Source: Acetothermia bacterium 64_32
GTDB lineage: Bacteria > Bipolaricaulota > Bipolaricaulia > Bipolaricaulales > Bipolaricaulaceae
Length of the DNA stretch: 64,000 nucleotides
Assembly: GCA_001508155.1 (NCBI GenBank)
Contig: LGFI01000006.1
Span: 35,157 to 99,156 of the forward strand
Direction of reading: 5' to 3'
In this document: positions 26,827 through 36,613 of the stretch, piece by piece
How positions within the stretch are numbered: position 1 is the stretch's first letter
Layout: each line of letters opens with the position of its first letter
Position numbers and translations under genes: made by a program
Notes under the pieces: generated by a model
Database searches by the model: none
The model's input: only the letters and a program-made list of their open reading frames with translations
What the model was told of the DNA's origin: nothing

Positions 26827-28338
26827 TTAGAACTCCACCTCCCAGGCGGTGGTGAGGGAGGGGGAGCCCTCAGGGCTCTCGGGATCGCTGCTCTCCCAGG
26901 AGAGCTCAAAGCTCGCCTCCTTGCCCAGGGAGAGTTCCAGGGTCACAAGAAGCCGGGTGAGGGAAAAGAGGGCCTCTTCAACAGGGCCCAGGTACATGCA
27001 CAAAGAAAGCTCCCATCTCTCAGACGGCCCATACCCCCTGCGGGCCAGGACAAGTAGCCCATCCTCGTACTCACCGGTGGCCGCTATCCTCTTGAAGTCG
27101 GCATCCGTGTACCAGCTCGGCCTGGGGGAAGGCGGGCGCTCAAACACCAGCAAAACCTGCCATTTCGTGGCCACAAGGTGCCCTTTTGCCCCCACCCCAT
27201 AGAGGGAAAGCTCGGACACCCCCCCTTTCCCCGTTGCCCCGGCATACAGGGACACACACCCCCCGGATACGGACAGGCTAGGGGTGCAAGAGAGCACGAG
27301 CCCCGAGGGGGAAAGCTCAAGCGAGATGTCGAACCTCATCCCAGCGAGGCCGGGCAATCCCGCCAGTGTCCCGCCAAGCGAGATCCCCTCACCAAGCGAG
27401 AGCTCAAACTCCCCTACGCCCCCGAAAAGGGGCCAGCCCTCCCCCTCGAGGCAGAGTTCGGCAAAACTTGTTTTACCTCCTTCCCCCGAGAAGACGCCGG
27501 AAAGCTCCAGGGTGCGTCCGGGCCAGGGCTCTGAATTCCAGCCCAGCGTGTACTCTTCAAAGTGGCTGTACCACACGTAGACCTTGACCAACTCTGGCTC
27601 GATGGGCTCCCGCAGCAGCCACCCGTCCGGGTATTTGGCGTCCAGATACGCCAGCGCCTCCGGGGCCAAGGCGAACGGCTCGAAAGCCTCCTTGGGTTGG
27701 AAGAGGACGCGCAGATTGTACTCCGTCCTCGACCTCCACCTGCCATCCACAAACGCCTTAAGCCGGACCCTCCCTGCGACGAACGCCCTCTCCCTAACCC
27801 CGGCTGAGGTCACCGCAAGCGGCCGCCAGCGTCCCCCCTCCCACCGGTAGGCTTCGGTGAACATGAAGTAGTCGATCTCAGAGGCGGAGTTGGACCGGTG
27901 GTAAGCCTTGGCCCAAAGCTCCCCGGAGGCCAGGGGAAGCTCGCCCTTGATCCAGCCGTAGCGCCAGTGGGGGCCCGGGACCTGCCACAGGAGCTGGGGG
28001 AACCTCTCGTCTTCTATGGTCCTGTAAAGGTGCTTGAGGACCTTGCCTTGGGGGGAGAAGGCAGCCTTGCCCTCCAGGGTCAGCCGATAGTCGAGGGCAA
28101 ACCCTGCAAGCTGGAACGTTTGGTCCGAGAAAAGGCCCTGCTCGATTTCGGACTCGCTTTTCAGGGTCCAGGCGCCAAGGGGAACTTCAAGGGTGAGGGT
28201 GGCCTGGTGGAGGGCAAACCGTGGGTAGAGGGAAAGCTCACCCTCCCACTGGCCCGAAAGCGGCTCGGGCAGCCCGAAAGCGGGTACGAGCAACGCACCC
28301 ACCAGGGCTGCCCACAGCACCCTGAAACAAGCCGACAC
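26827..28338 (-). CDS. Secreted outer-membrane-type protein ending in a C-terminal Phe (WEVEF)
   Basis: Signal peptide MSACFRVLWAALVGALLVPAFG. Alternating-polarity beta-strand-like stretches and a terminal aromatic residue. Confidence 0.55.
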   Translation of the reverse strand: MSACFRVLWAALVGALLVPAFGLPEPLSGQWEGELSLYPRFALHQATLTLEVPLGAWTLKSESEIEQGLFSDQTFQLAGFALDYRLTLEGKAAFSPQGKVLKHLYRTIEDERFPQLLWQVPGPHWRYGWIKGELPLASGELWAKAYHRSNSASEIDYFMFTEAYRWEGGRWRPLAVTSAGVRERAFVAGRVRLKAFVDGRWRSRTEYNLRVLFQPKEAFEPFALAPEALAYLDAKYPDGWLLREPIEPELVKVYVWYSHFEEYTLGWNSEPWPGRTLELSGVFSGEGGKTSFAELCLEGEGWPLFGGVGEFELSLGEGISLGGTLAGLPGLAGMRFDISLELSPSGLVLSCTPSLSVSGGCVSLYAGATGKGGVSELSLYGVGAKGHLVATKWQVLLVFERPPSPRPSWYTDADFKRIAATGEYEDGLLVLARRGYGPSERWELSLCMYLGPVEEALFSLTRLLVTLELSLGKEASFELSWESSDPESPEGSPSLTTAWEVEF

Positions 28339-28396
28339 GCGAGGTCAACCTCCGACCTGGCGCCCGGTGCCTCAGGGACGACTTGCCTATGCTAGC

Positions 28397-28930
28397 TCAA
28401 GGCCAGAACAAGACCATGGCCACGGCGGCTATCCCGAGGAGGACCCCGGTGATCCCAAGCAGGAAGTTCGTCTGTACCCGGCCGGAAAGGCCCGCGGGGG
28501 CCTGCGTCTTCAGGCTCTGTACCTCACTAGAAATGGAGTTCACGCTGGTCTTGAGGCTGCTTATCCCACTGGCGTTGCTGGCCACGTCCGCTTGCAAGTT
28601 CTGCACCTGGGCCTGGAGGGAGTTCAGGCGGCTTTCGAGTCCGGCCACGTCCACCCCGGCCTGGGCCTGCCCCATCCGTTGCATGGCCCGGTAAAGCCAC
28701 TGGGCGGCATCGTAGCGCAAAAGGGCACTGTCCCCTCGGAACTCCCCGCCGGTGTCCGCGATGGAGATGACCCCCGTGTCTATCAGGTACTTGACCGCCG
28801 GATAAGCGGGATGCGAGGGGTCGACGTCCAGCACCACTCCCCCCCCACCCCCGGCGATCCCCGGGGTCAACCCCCACACGGAAACCAGCACCAGCCCAAC
28901 CACCACCAACGCGAGCAACCTACCCCTCAT
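28397..28930 (-). CDS. SLH-domain protein with coiled coil and C-terminal membrane anchor
   Basis: SLH motif SHPAYPAVKYLIDTGVISIADTGGEFRGDSALLRYDAAQWLYRAM, an N-terminal signal and a C-terminal TM. Confidence 0.7.
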   Translation of the reverse strand: MRGRLLALVVVGLVLVSVWGLTPGIAGGGGGVVLDVDPSHPAYPAVKYLIDTGVISIADTGGEFRGDSALLRYDAAQWLYRAMQRMGQAQAGVDVAGLESRLNSLQAQVQNLQADVASNASGISSLKTSVNSISSEVQSLKTQAPAGLSGRVQTNFLLGITGVLLGIAAVAMVLFWP

Positions 28931-29050
28931 CCAGATCCCCCCTTCGCAAGTGATGACACCTGCGCTAGCCTAGGAAAATCGCGTTTCCCTGTCAACCCCA
29001 AAGTTCTCGTCCCCCACATGGAGTGGTAGGGGCCGGTATACTCCGGGCGC

Positions 29051-30457
29051 ATGAGGCTGAAGGCGCCGTCGCGTGAGGAGATCTTGTCCGGGCCGGCCCT
29101 CCCCATCATGGCCAGGATTGGGGGGCCGGCGGTCTTGTCCTCGCTTCTTTTTACCCTGTACAACCTGGCCGATGCCTTCTGGATTGGGAGGCTCCCGCGG
29201 GACCAGTCCGCCGCGGTGATGGCGGGGATCCAGGTTTCCTGGCCGATCGTTTGGTTTCTCATCTCCCTTGTGGCCGGCTTCGGCGGGGCAGCGGTCACCG
29301 CCCTGGTGGCCCAGTACCTGGGGGCGGGGAGGGAGAGGGAAGCCCGACTGGCCATGAACCAGCTGTTTTCCCTTTCCATCCTCTCCGGGATCGCCCTGGG
29401 GGTGGCCGGGTACCTGGCCTCACCGTGGCTACTTGGGCTCCTGGTGCAGGGACCGGAGGTGGCCGAGGCCGCTGGCCTTTACATGGAGGTGATCTTCCTG
29501 GGGCTCCCCACCATGCTCATCCCAGGCCTGTTCCACTTCGCCCTGGCCGCCTGTGGGGACACCCTAACCCCGCTTCTTGTGAACGGGGCCGGCACGCTCC
29601 TCAACATGGCCCTGGACCCCTTGCTCGTCTTGGGCTGGGGGCCGGTCCCCAGGATGGGGATCCTGGGGGCGGCCTATGCCACGGTGGCCGCCCAGGGCCT
29701 CGCCTCCCTGGCCTTCGTGGGGCTGTTCGCCCTGGGAAGGGGGCCCTTGCGGCTTGACCCCCGTGGGCTCATCCCCCGCTGGCAATGGGTGAAAAAGGCG
29801 GTGCGGATCGGGCTTCCAGCCGCAATAGGCCAATCCAGCACCGCCTTTGGGTTCGTGGTCATGACCGGGGTGATCGGGCGCCTCCCGAACCCGGAGGTGG
29901 CCCTGGCCGGCTACGGGATAGGCGACCGAATAATCGGGATCCTGTTCATCGTGACCGACGGCCTGAGCATCGGCCTTTCCACCATGGTGGGCCAAGCCCT
30001 GGGGGCAGGGCGGATGGCCCGGGCGAAGGAGGTGGTGCGGAAAGGGGTCTGGACGCTGCTTGTCGTGCTGGTGATCGAAGCCGGGGTGCTGTGGCTCCTA
30101 CGCCGGGGGCTGGTGGCCCTGTTCATCCCGGGAAGGCCGGACGTGATCGCGGTGGGGGCGAGCTTCGTCCAGGCCTTCGCCCTGAGCATGCCCTTCCTAG
30201 GGGCCTTTTTCGCCGCCATGGCCGTCTTCCGCGGGGCCGGACATAACCTGCCCACCATGATCCTGGGGATCTTAAGGCTCTGGGTCCTCAGGATCCCACT
30301 TGCGTACCTGTTCGGTTTTACGCTGGCCTGGGGGGCGGATGGGGTGTGGTGGGGGATGGCGCTTTCCAACGTGGTCTCCGGGGGTTGTGCCATCGGGCTC
30401 CTCTTGAGCCGCAGCTGGCAGCGGAGCGTGGTGGAGCCGTGCCGGGAAAAGGGGTAG
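29051..30457 (+). CDS. MATE family efflux transporter
   Basis: Twelve TM helices with two MatE repeats. Confidence 0.85.
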   Translation: MRLKAPSREEILSGPALPIMARIGGPAVLSSLLFTLYNLADAFWIGRLPRDQSAAVMAGIQVSWPIVWFLISLVAGFGGAAVTALVAQYLGAGREREARLAMNQLFSLSILSGIALGVAGYLASPWLLGLLVQGPEVAEAAGLYMEVIFLGLPTMLIPGLFHFALAACGDTLTPLLVNGAGTLLNMALDPLLVLGWGPVPRMGILGAAYATVAAQGLASLAFVGLFALGRGPLRLDPRGLIPRWQWVKKAVRIGLPAAIGQSSTAFGFVVMTGVIGRLPNPEVALAGYGIGDRIIGILFIVTDGLSIGLSTMVGQALGAGRMARAKEVVRKGVWTLLVVLVIEAGVLWLLRRGLVALFIPGRPDVIAVGASFVQAFALSMPFLGAFFAAMAVFRGAGHNLPTMILGILRLWVLRIPLAYLFGFTLAWGADGVWWGMALSNVVSGGCAIGLLLSRSWQRSVVEPCREKG

Positions 30458-31356
30458 CCCTGTACGGGTATTTCGGACATGGAAACCTGGGGGACGAGGC
30501 GCTCCGTGAGGCCTGGATCAGGGCTCTTTCCCCGGATTTTGAGGTCCGTACCCTGGCCCCACCCCGCCTCCCAAAAGGGAAGGGGCCCTGGCTCTTCTGC
30601 GGGGGGATCCTCCAGGACCGCACTTCCCTGCGCTCGCTCCTGTTTTACGTCGCCGCCATCCGGCTCGCGGCCCGGGGCGGGCCGGTGGGGCTCGTTGCAG
30701 TGGGATGTGAGCTCTCCTCCCCCCTGGGAAGAAGGCTGGTGCGGGGGGTTCTTCGCAAGGCGGGCTTCGTCTCCGCCCGGGATGAGGAGGGCCTTCGTCA
30801 GCTCAGCGCCCTGGGTGGGGATGTGCGCCCGGCCCGGGACCCGGTCCTGGCCTGGCCCCCACCCCCACGGGGGGGAAGCGGCCCCATCCTGGTGAACCTC
30901 GTACCCTCACTTCCCAGAACCGTTTGCAAGGAGGTGCTGCAAAAGGCTCGGGACCTGGCGGAAAAGCTCGGCAGCCCTCTGCAGGGGCTCGTCATGGCCC
31001 CTGAGGACGCACGGGCCCTGGGAGGGCTTCCCCTCTTGCGGCCGACCACCCCAAAGGAGGCACTCAAGGCGATCGCCTCCTCCCCGCTCCTTGTGGGGGC
31101 CCGGCTGCACGCGCTGGAGCTTGCACTGGTGGCCGGGACCCCTTTTGTCCCCCTCCCCTATTCGGCCAAGGTGGAGGGGTTCCTGTCGCTTGTGGAACGA
31201 GACCTTCCGGCCCGGGTGCCGCGCACGCCGGATCGGCCGGAGGAAGCCTTGAGCCCGAGCTTGCGGGAAGGCCTCCTGCGAGCCAGGGCCCGCCTGGCCG
31301 AGGAAGCCCAAAAAGGGATTGAAGATGTCCGGAACTGGCTCCGCAGCCTGGCATGA
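30439..31356 (+). CDS. csaB: Polysaccharide pyruvyl transferase CsaB
   Basis: N-terminal LYGYFGHGNLGDEAL matches the CsaB hallmark GYYGfgNlGDEA. GTG at 30439 overlaps the MATE gene's 3' end. The ORF track draws an upstream extension from 30346, which I judge spurious. Confidence 0.75.
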   Translation: MPGKGVALYGYFGHGNLGDEALREAWIRALSPDFEVRTLAPPRLPKGKGPWLFCGGILQDRTSLRSLLFYVAAIRLAARGGPVGLVAVGCELSSPLGRRLVRGVLRKAGFVSARDEEGLRQLSALGGDVRPARDPVLAWPPPPRGGSGPILVNLVPSLPRTVCKEVLQKARDLAEKLGSPLQGLVMAPEDARALGGLPLLRPTTPKEALKAIASSPLLVGARLHALELALVAGTPFVPLPYSAKVEGFLSLVERDLPARVPRTPDRPEEALSPSLREGLLRARARLAEEAQKGIEDVRNWLRSLA

Positions 31357-32230
31357 GCCGGTGATGCTGGGGGAGGTGCTCTCCTTCCTCCGGCCAAAGG
31401 AAGGAAAGCTCATCCTAGACGCCACCGTGGGAACCGGTGGGCATGCCGAGGCCATCCTGGCTCGGGGTGCCTGCCTGATCGGCCTAGATCGGGACCCTGA
31501 GGCCCTGGAGCTTGCCCGAAGGCGACTTTCCCGGTTTGGGGAAAGGACACGTCTTGTGCACGCCAACTTCCGTAACCTAAGGGAGGTCCTTTCCCACTTG
31601 GGGGTAAAGCAAGTTGATGGGGTGTTGTTTGATCTGGGGGTAAGCTCCCTTCAGCTCGACCGGCCGGCCCGGGGGTTCTCGTTCCGGGAGGAGGGGCCGC
31701 TGGACATGCGCATGGACCCCACCCAGCCCCTCAGTGCGGCCGACCTCGTGAACCGGCTTCCGGGGGGAGAGCTTGTCCGGCTCCTCCGCGAGTACGGAGA
31801 GGAGCGCCATGCGCGCCGGATCGCCCGGGCCATCGTCCGGGCCAGAGAAAAGGCCCCCATCCGCTCGACCACGGAGCTGGCTCGGCTCGTGGCCCGCTGC
31901 TACCCCCCAGGGCGCCACCGCATCCACCCCGCCACCCGCACCTTCCAGGCCCTCAGGATCGCGGTGAACGACGAGCTTTCCGCCCTGGAGGAGGGCCTGG
32001 CCCAGGCGATCGAGGTCTTGCTCCCCGGCGGGGTCGTCTGCGTGCTCTCATTCCACTCCTTGGAGGACCGTATCGTAAAGAACATGTTCCGCGGGAAGGC
32101 AGCCCAAGGGGCTTTAGAAATACTCACCAAAAAGCCCTTAAGGCCGCATCCTGAGGAGGTGAGGAAAAACCCCAAGGCGCGTTCGGCGAAGCTCCGGGCG
32201 GCCCGGGTGCTGGAGGTCGCTCAGGCCTAG
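31319..32230 (+). CDS. rsmH: 16S rRNA (cytosine1402-N4)-methyltransferase RsmH
   Basis: SAM motif DATVGTGGH and DLGVSSLQLD. Confidence 0.9.
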   Translation: MKMSGTGSAAWHEPVMLGEVLSFLRPKEGKLILDATVGTGGHAEAILARGACLIGLDRDPEALELARRRLSRFGERTRLVHANFRNLREVLSHLGVKQVDGVLFDLGVSSLQLDRPARGFSFREEGPLDMRMDPTQPLSAADLVNRLPGGELVRLLREYGEERHARRIARAIVRAREKAPIRSTTELARLVARCYPPGRHRIHPATRTFQALRIAVNDELSALEEGLAQAIEVLLPGGVVCVLSFHSLEDRIVKNMFRGKAAQGALEILTKKPLRPHPEEVRKNPKARSAKLRAARVLEVAQA

Positions 32231-32278
32231 GTCAGCTGTCCTCCCTGCCCGGTACCCTTGGGCATAGGGTAAGGTGGG

Positions 32279-32635
32279 ATGAGGTCCTCCGCTCGCTGGG
32301 AAGCCATCTTGAGGCCGGCCGCCAGCTCCTGGGCCATCCCCAGGGCTTGGGCCCTGGCCCTCACCCTGATCGGGGCTGGGATGGTGGTGGCCGGGCTGGC
32401 ATTCCTGTACCTGTGGCTGGGCTCCACCGTAACCATGCTGGAAGCGGAACGGGCCCGCCTCGTCCTCTCCCTGGAGGAGCTTTCAAGAGACCTCACCCTG
32501 CTTTCTGTTCAGGTTACGCAGGCTTATTCCCCCCAGGCGATAGCCGAGCGGGCCAAGGCCCTGGGCATGGAACCGTTCACAGAGGACCGCACGGGTTACC
32601 TGATCATGGAAGATGACGAGGGATCAGGCGGTTAG
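32279..32635 (+). CDS. ftsL: Cell division protein FtsL-like (septum formation initiator)
   Basis: Small bitopic protein with a TM helix then a coiled coil. It sits between rsmH and ftsI. Confidence 0.6.
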   Translation: MRSSARWEAILRPAASSWAIPRAWALALTLIGAGMVVAGLAFLYLWLGSTVTMLEAERARLVLSLEELSRDLTLLSVQVTQAYSPQAIAERAKALGMEPFTEDRTGYLIMEDDEGSGG

Positions 32636-34295
32636 GCGTGCGGCGGTGGTGTTCCTCCTGCTCGGCCTGGGGGCCCTTGCCATCGTAGGGCGGCTGATCC
32701 AGCTACAGATAGTGGAGCACGACCACTGGGCGGCCCTGGCCGAGGCGATGCAAGAGGACGTGGTGGAGATCCCCCAGCGGAGGGGGACGATCTACGACCG
32801 TGCAGGAAGGCCCTTGGCTTGTGATGTCCCTGCCTACTCCATCGCCCTGGATAACTATCACATGACCAAGCCCGAGCTTTTGGTGGGGCTGCTTGAGGAA
32901 GAGCTGGGCCTGTCGGAGGATGAGGCGGCCGACAAGGTGTATCGGGAGGCCTACTTCACCTGGATCGCCCGGCAGGTGGACCGGGAGGTGGGGGACCGGA
33001 TCAAGGCCCGGGCCGGAGAGCTGGGGATCGCGGGGCTCCTTTTCTTCGACACCTGGAAGCGGGCCTACCCCCAGGGGAGGCTGGCCCCGGAGGTCCTGGG
33101 CTTGGTGGGGGTGGACGGGGAAGGCCTCGAGGGCTTGGAGCTGGTGTTCGATGAGGTGCTCCGGGGAAGCCCCAGCCGGTATCACATCCTGCGGGGGAGG
33201 GACGGGAGGGTCTACGACCTGTGGGTTGAGGCCGCCGGCACCCCGGGTGGGGACCTGTCCCTCGCCTTGGATGCCGATTTCCAGAGGATCTGTGAGCAGA
33301 AGCTCTCCCTGGGGGTGAACCGGTTTAAGGCTGACCGCGGGTTTGCCCTGATCATGGACCCCCGGACCGGAGAGATTCTCGCCTTGGCCCAGGCCCCCCG
33401 CTACGACCCGCAAGCCCCCGACCCCGGGCTCCTTCACTCCTGGGCGGTGACCGACGTGTTTGAGCCCGGCTCCACCTTGAAGGCGCTGGTGGGCCTGGCC
33501 GCCCTGGACCAGGGGGTGGTGACCCCGGAGGACACCTTTTCCGGGGATTCGCCATACATCGTCATTGGGGTGCCGATAAGCAACGCGGAGAGCACCTCCT
33601 ATGGCACCATCACCTTCCGCTACGCGATCGTGAAGTCCGTGAACACGGTGCTCATCCAGGTGGCAAGGCGCCTGGGCATCGAGCTCACCTACGAGTACCT
33701 CTCCAGGATGGGGTTCGGGAGGCCCACCGGGATAGAGCTTCCCGGGGAGGCCGCGGGCATCCTGCGGCCGGCGGAGGAGTGGACCGAGCTGGACTTGGCA
33801 GTCGCCTCCTTCGGCCAGGGGGTGGCGGTGACCGGGGTGCAGCTGGGGGCGGCGTTCTGTGCCCTGGCAAACGGCGGCACCCTCCTGCGCCCACACCTTT
33901 TGACCGGCCCGCCCCAGCCCGTGGCCAAGGTGGCCTCCCCGGAGGCATGTGCCACCATGCGGGCCCTCCTGCGGGACGCCGTCCGGCTGCCCGGGGGGAC
34001 CGGCCACTGGGCGGACCTGGAAGGGTTCCTCATCGCCGGGAAATCCGGGACCGGGGAGAAGGCCCTGCCCGGCAGGGGCTATGTGGAAGGACACTACACT
34101 TCCCTCATGGCGGCCTTCCTCCCCTACAACGACCCGGAATACGTGATCATCGTGGGATACGACGAGGTCAAGACTTCTCCCTATTGGGGGGGGTCAACGG
34201 CCGGCCCCACGGTGCGTTACATCGTAGAGGACCTGGCAAACGCGGGGTTGATCTCCCCTTACACCGAGACCACCGCGCTGGGCCGATCGGGGTAG
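32613..34295 (+). CDS. ftsI: Peptidoglycan D,D-transpeptidase FtsI (class B PBP)
   Basis: Motifs STLK, SVN and KSGT, with an N-terminal TM anchor. Confidence 0.9.
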   Translation: MTRDQAVRRAAVVFLLLGLGALAIVGRLIQLQIVEHDHWAALAEAMQEDVVEIPQRRGTIYDRAGRPLACDVPAYSIALDNYHMTKPELLVGLLEEELGLSEDEAADKVYREAYFTWIARQVDREVGDRIKARAGELGIAGLLFFDTWKRAYPQGRLAPEVLGLVGVDGEGLEGLELVFDEVLRGSPSRYHILRGRDGRVYDLWVEAAGTPGGDLSLALDADFQRICEQKLSLGVNRFKADRGFALIMDPRTGEILALAQAPRYDPQAPDPGLLHSWAVTDVFEPGSTLKALVGLAALDQGVVTPEDTFSGDSPYIVIGVPISNAESTSYGTITFRYAIVKSVNTVLIQVARRLGIELTYEYLSRMGFGRPTGIELPGEAAGILRPAEEWTELDLAVASFGQGVAVTGVQLGAAFCALANGGTLLRPHLLTGPPQPVAKVASPEACATMRALLRDAVRLPGGTGHWADLEGFLIAGKSGTGEKALPGRGYVEGHYTSLMAAFLPYNDPEYVIIVGYDEVKTSPYWGGSTAGPTVRYIVEDLANAGLISPYTETTALGRSG

Positions 34296-34996
34296 GTGAG
34301 GTACAGGCGACCCGCCCAGCCGTCCATGGCGCGGGCCACCGCCTCCAGCGCCAGGGCGGGGGAGTTGTTCTCCTGGGAAAGGTGCGCGAGGAGGACCGCC
34401 TGAAGCCCTTTCCGGGCTAGCCCGGCCACCGCCCGGGCCGCTTCATCGTTGGAGAGATGCCCCCTGGGGGACATGATCCGCATCTTAAGGTGCCAAGGGT
34501 AGGGCCCGGAAAGCAAAAGCGGAAGGTCGTGATTCGCCTCCAGGACCACGAGCCTGCAGCCGGAAAGGGCGGAGAGAACCTCCTGGGTGACCTGCCCCAG
34601 GTCCGTGGCCAGGCCGAAGGCGGCCCCATCGAGCTCGAACCGGAAGCCAAGGGGCTGTGCCGCGTCGTGGGACACCCGGAATGGCCGAAGGCAAACCCCC
34701 AGGATCTCCTCCCCGCCGGCTATGGGCTTGCCGGGAACCCCCAGTGCCCGCAGGGTCCCGGGGCTGGCCCACACCTCCACCCCCCGGCGCAGCAGGGTGG
34801 AAAGCCCCCGTACGTGGTCGGTGTGCTCGTGGGTAAGGAGCACCGCGGACGGGCGGTCAAGCTGCACCCCCACCTTTGCCGCGCGACGGCGGAGCTCCCG
34901 CCAGGGGAGCCCCGCGTCCACGAGAACCCATCCCCGGGGCGCCTCTACCAAAAAGGCGTTCCCGGAAGACCCGCTCCCCAGCGAAAGGACCCTCAA
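34259..34996 (-). CDS. MBL-fold metallo-hydrolase (YycJ-like)
   Basis: [17 protein letters not shown] followed by [11 protein letters not shown] start at 34996 overlaps the SPFH stop. I reject the longer ORF-track ORF 34259..35299. Confidence 0.7.
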   Translation of the reverse strand: MRVLSLGSGSSGNAFLVEAPRGWVLVDAGLPWRELRRRAAKVGVQLDRPSAVLLTHEHTDHVRGLSTLLRRGVEVWASPGTLRALGVPGKPIAGGEEILGVCLRPFRVSHDAAQPLGFRFELDGAAFGLATDLGQVTQEVLSALSGCRLVVLEANHDLPLLLSGPYPWHLKMRIMSPRGHLSNDEAARAVAGLARKGLQAVLLAHLSQENNSPALALEAVARAMDGWAGRLYLTYPDRPSAVVSV

Positions 34997-35742
34997 TCCT
35001 GGTTTCTCTTCTGAAGGGCCGCAAGTAGGTCGATGGGCACTGGGAACACCACCGTACTTGCGTTCTCGGTGGCTATCTCGGCCAGGGTCTGCAGGTACCT
35101 GAGCTGAAGGGCCCCGGGGGAACGCTGCATGATCTCCGCCGCCTCCCGGAGCTTCTCCGCCGCCTGCAGTTCCCCTTCTGCGTTGATGATCTTGGAGCGG
35201 CGCTCCCGCTCCGCCTCCGCTTGGCGAGCGATCGCCCGCTGCATGTCCGTGGGGATCTTCACGTCCTTTATCTCCACCGTGATGACCTTTATCCCCCACG
35301 GGTCGGTGTGCTCGTCGATGATCTCCTGGAGCTGTTGGTTGAGCTTTTCCCGCTCGGCCAGGATCTCGTCCAACTCCGCCCTGCCCAGGACCGAGCGGAG
35401 GGTGGTCATGGAGATCTGGCGGGTGGCCTCGATGAAGTCGAGCACCTCCACCACCGCCGCCTGGGGGTCCATCACCCGGAAGTAGACCACCGCGTTCACG
35501 TTCACCGGCACGTTGTCCCGGGTGATCACCTCCTGGGGGGGTACGTCCAACGTGATGGTCCTGAGGTCCACCTTGACCATCTTATCCACGATGGGAATGA
35601 TCAAGAATAGCCCTGGGCCTTTGGCTCCCACAAGCCGCCCAAGACGAAAGATCACGCCCCGCTCGTACTCCCTGACGATCTTGATGGCGCTTGCCAAAAA
35701 CAGCACTACCAGCGCAACTATGATGCCTAAGGTCATGCCCAT
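34993..35742 (-). CDS. SPFH/band-7 (stomatin/prohibitin-like) membrane protein
   Basis: N-terminal TM, an SPFH core and a coiled-coil tail. Confidence 0.9.
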   Translation of the reverse strand: MGMTLGIIVALVVLFLASAIKIVREYERGVIFRLGRLVGAKGPGLFLIIPIVDKMVKVDLRTITLDVPPQEVITRDNVPVNVNAVVYFRVMDPQAAVVEVLDFIEATRQISMTTLRSVLGRAELDEILAEREKLNQQLQEIIDEHTDPWGIKVITVEIKDVKIPTDMQRAIARQAEAERERRSKIINAEGELQAAEKLREAAEIMQRSPGALQLRYLQTLAEIATENASTVVFPVPIDLLAALQKRNQD

Positions 35743-35821
35743 AGCCCCCTCCTTACCTTATCCCCTTGCAAGCCTCATAATAGGGCCCTAGGATGGGCTT
35801 TGTCAAAGGAAGGAGCCGAAG

Positions 35822-36577
35822 ATGAGGACCCCTATTGTGGCAGCCAACTGGAAGATGCACAAGACGGCGGGGGAGGCGGTGGGCTATTTCCGCCGCCTGC
35901 TGGAGCTGGTGGCCCCGCAGCCCAAGGTGGAGCTGGTGGTCTTCCCGCCGGCCACCCTCCTCTCCCTGGCGAAGAAGCACCTTGAGGGGAGCCCCATCGG
36001 CTGGGGGGCTCAGAACGCCTACCCCGAGCCCCAGGGGGCGTTCACCGGCGAGGTATCGGTGGTGCAGGTGGCGGACCTGGGCGCGAGGTATCTGATCTGC
36101 GGCCACTCCGAAAGGCGCCATATCTTCGGGGAGGGCGATGAGCTCATCGGGCGGAAGGTGCGCGCTGCCCTGGATACCGGCCTTGTTCCCATCCTGTGTG
36201 TGGGGGAACTCCTGGAGGAAAGGCAAGCCGGCCGCGCCTGGGAGGTGGTGGAGCGCCAGCTTTCGACTGCTTTGGCCGACGTTTTCCTCCCTTCCCCGGA
36301 GCGGTTGGTGGTCGCCTACGAGCCGGTGTGGGCCATCGGAACCGGGGTTCCGGCCAGGCCGGAGGACGCCCAGGGGATGGCAGCCCGCATCCGCAAGTGG
36401 CTGGAAGGGAGGTTTGGAAAGCCCGGCCGGGCGATCAGGATCCAGTACGGAGGCTCGGTGAAGCCGGAGAATGCCCGCGAGTTCTTGGGCCTTCCGGACA
36501 TCGACGGGGCCCTGGTGGGGGGGGCGTCCCTGGACCCGGACAAGTTCTGGGCCATCGCCCAAGCTGCCCTAACTTAG
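35822..36577 (+). CDS. tpiA: Triosephosphate isomerase
   Basis: Motifs AANWKMHK, CGHSERR and AYEPVWAIGTG. Confidence 0.95.
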   Translation: MRTPIVAANWKMHKTAGEAVGYFRRLLELVAPQPKVELVVFPPATLLSLAKKHLEGSPIGWGAQNAYPEPQGAFTGEVSVVQVADLGARYLICGHSERRHIFGEGDELIGRKVRAALDTGLVPILCVGELLEERQAGRAWEVVERQLSTALADVFLPSPERLVVAYEPVWAIGTGVPARPEDAQGMAARIRKWLEGRFGKPGRAIRIQYGGSVKPENAREFLGLPDIDGALVGGASLDPDKFWAIAQAALT

Positions 36578-36613
36578 GAGGGAAACCTAGGCTAAATTGG
36601 CCTATAGACACCC

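Noticed and set aside
34259-35299. 346-aa version of the MBL hydrolase
   Set aside because: The N-terminal ~100 aa overlap the well-supported SPFH gene in another frame and are Gly/Pro-rich. A TTG at 34996 gives the canonical [14 protein letters not shown] start.
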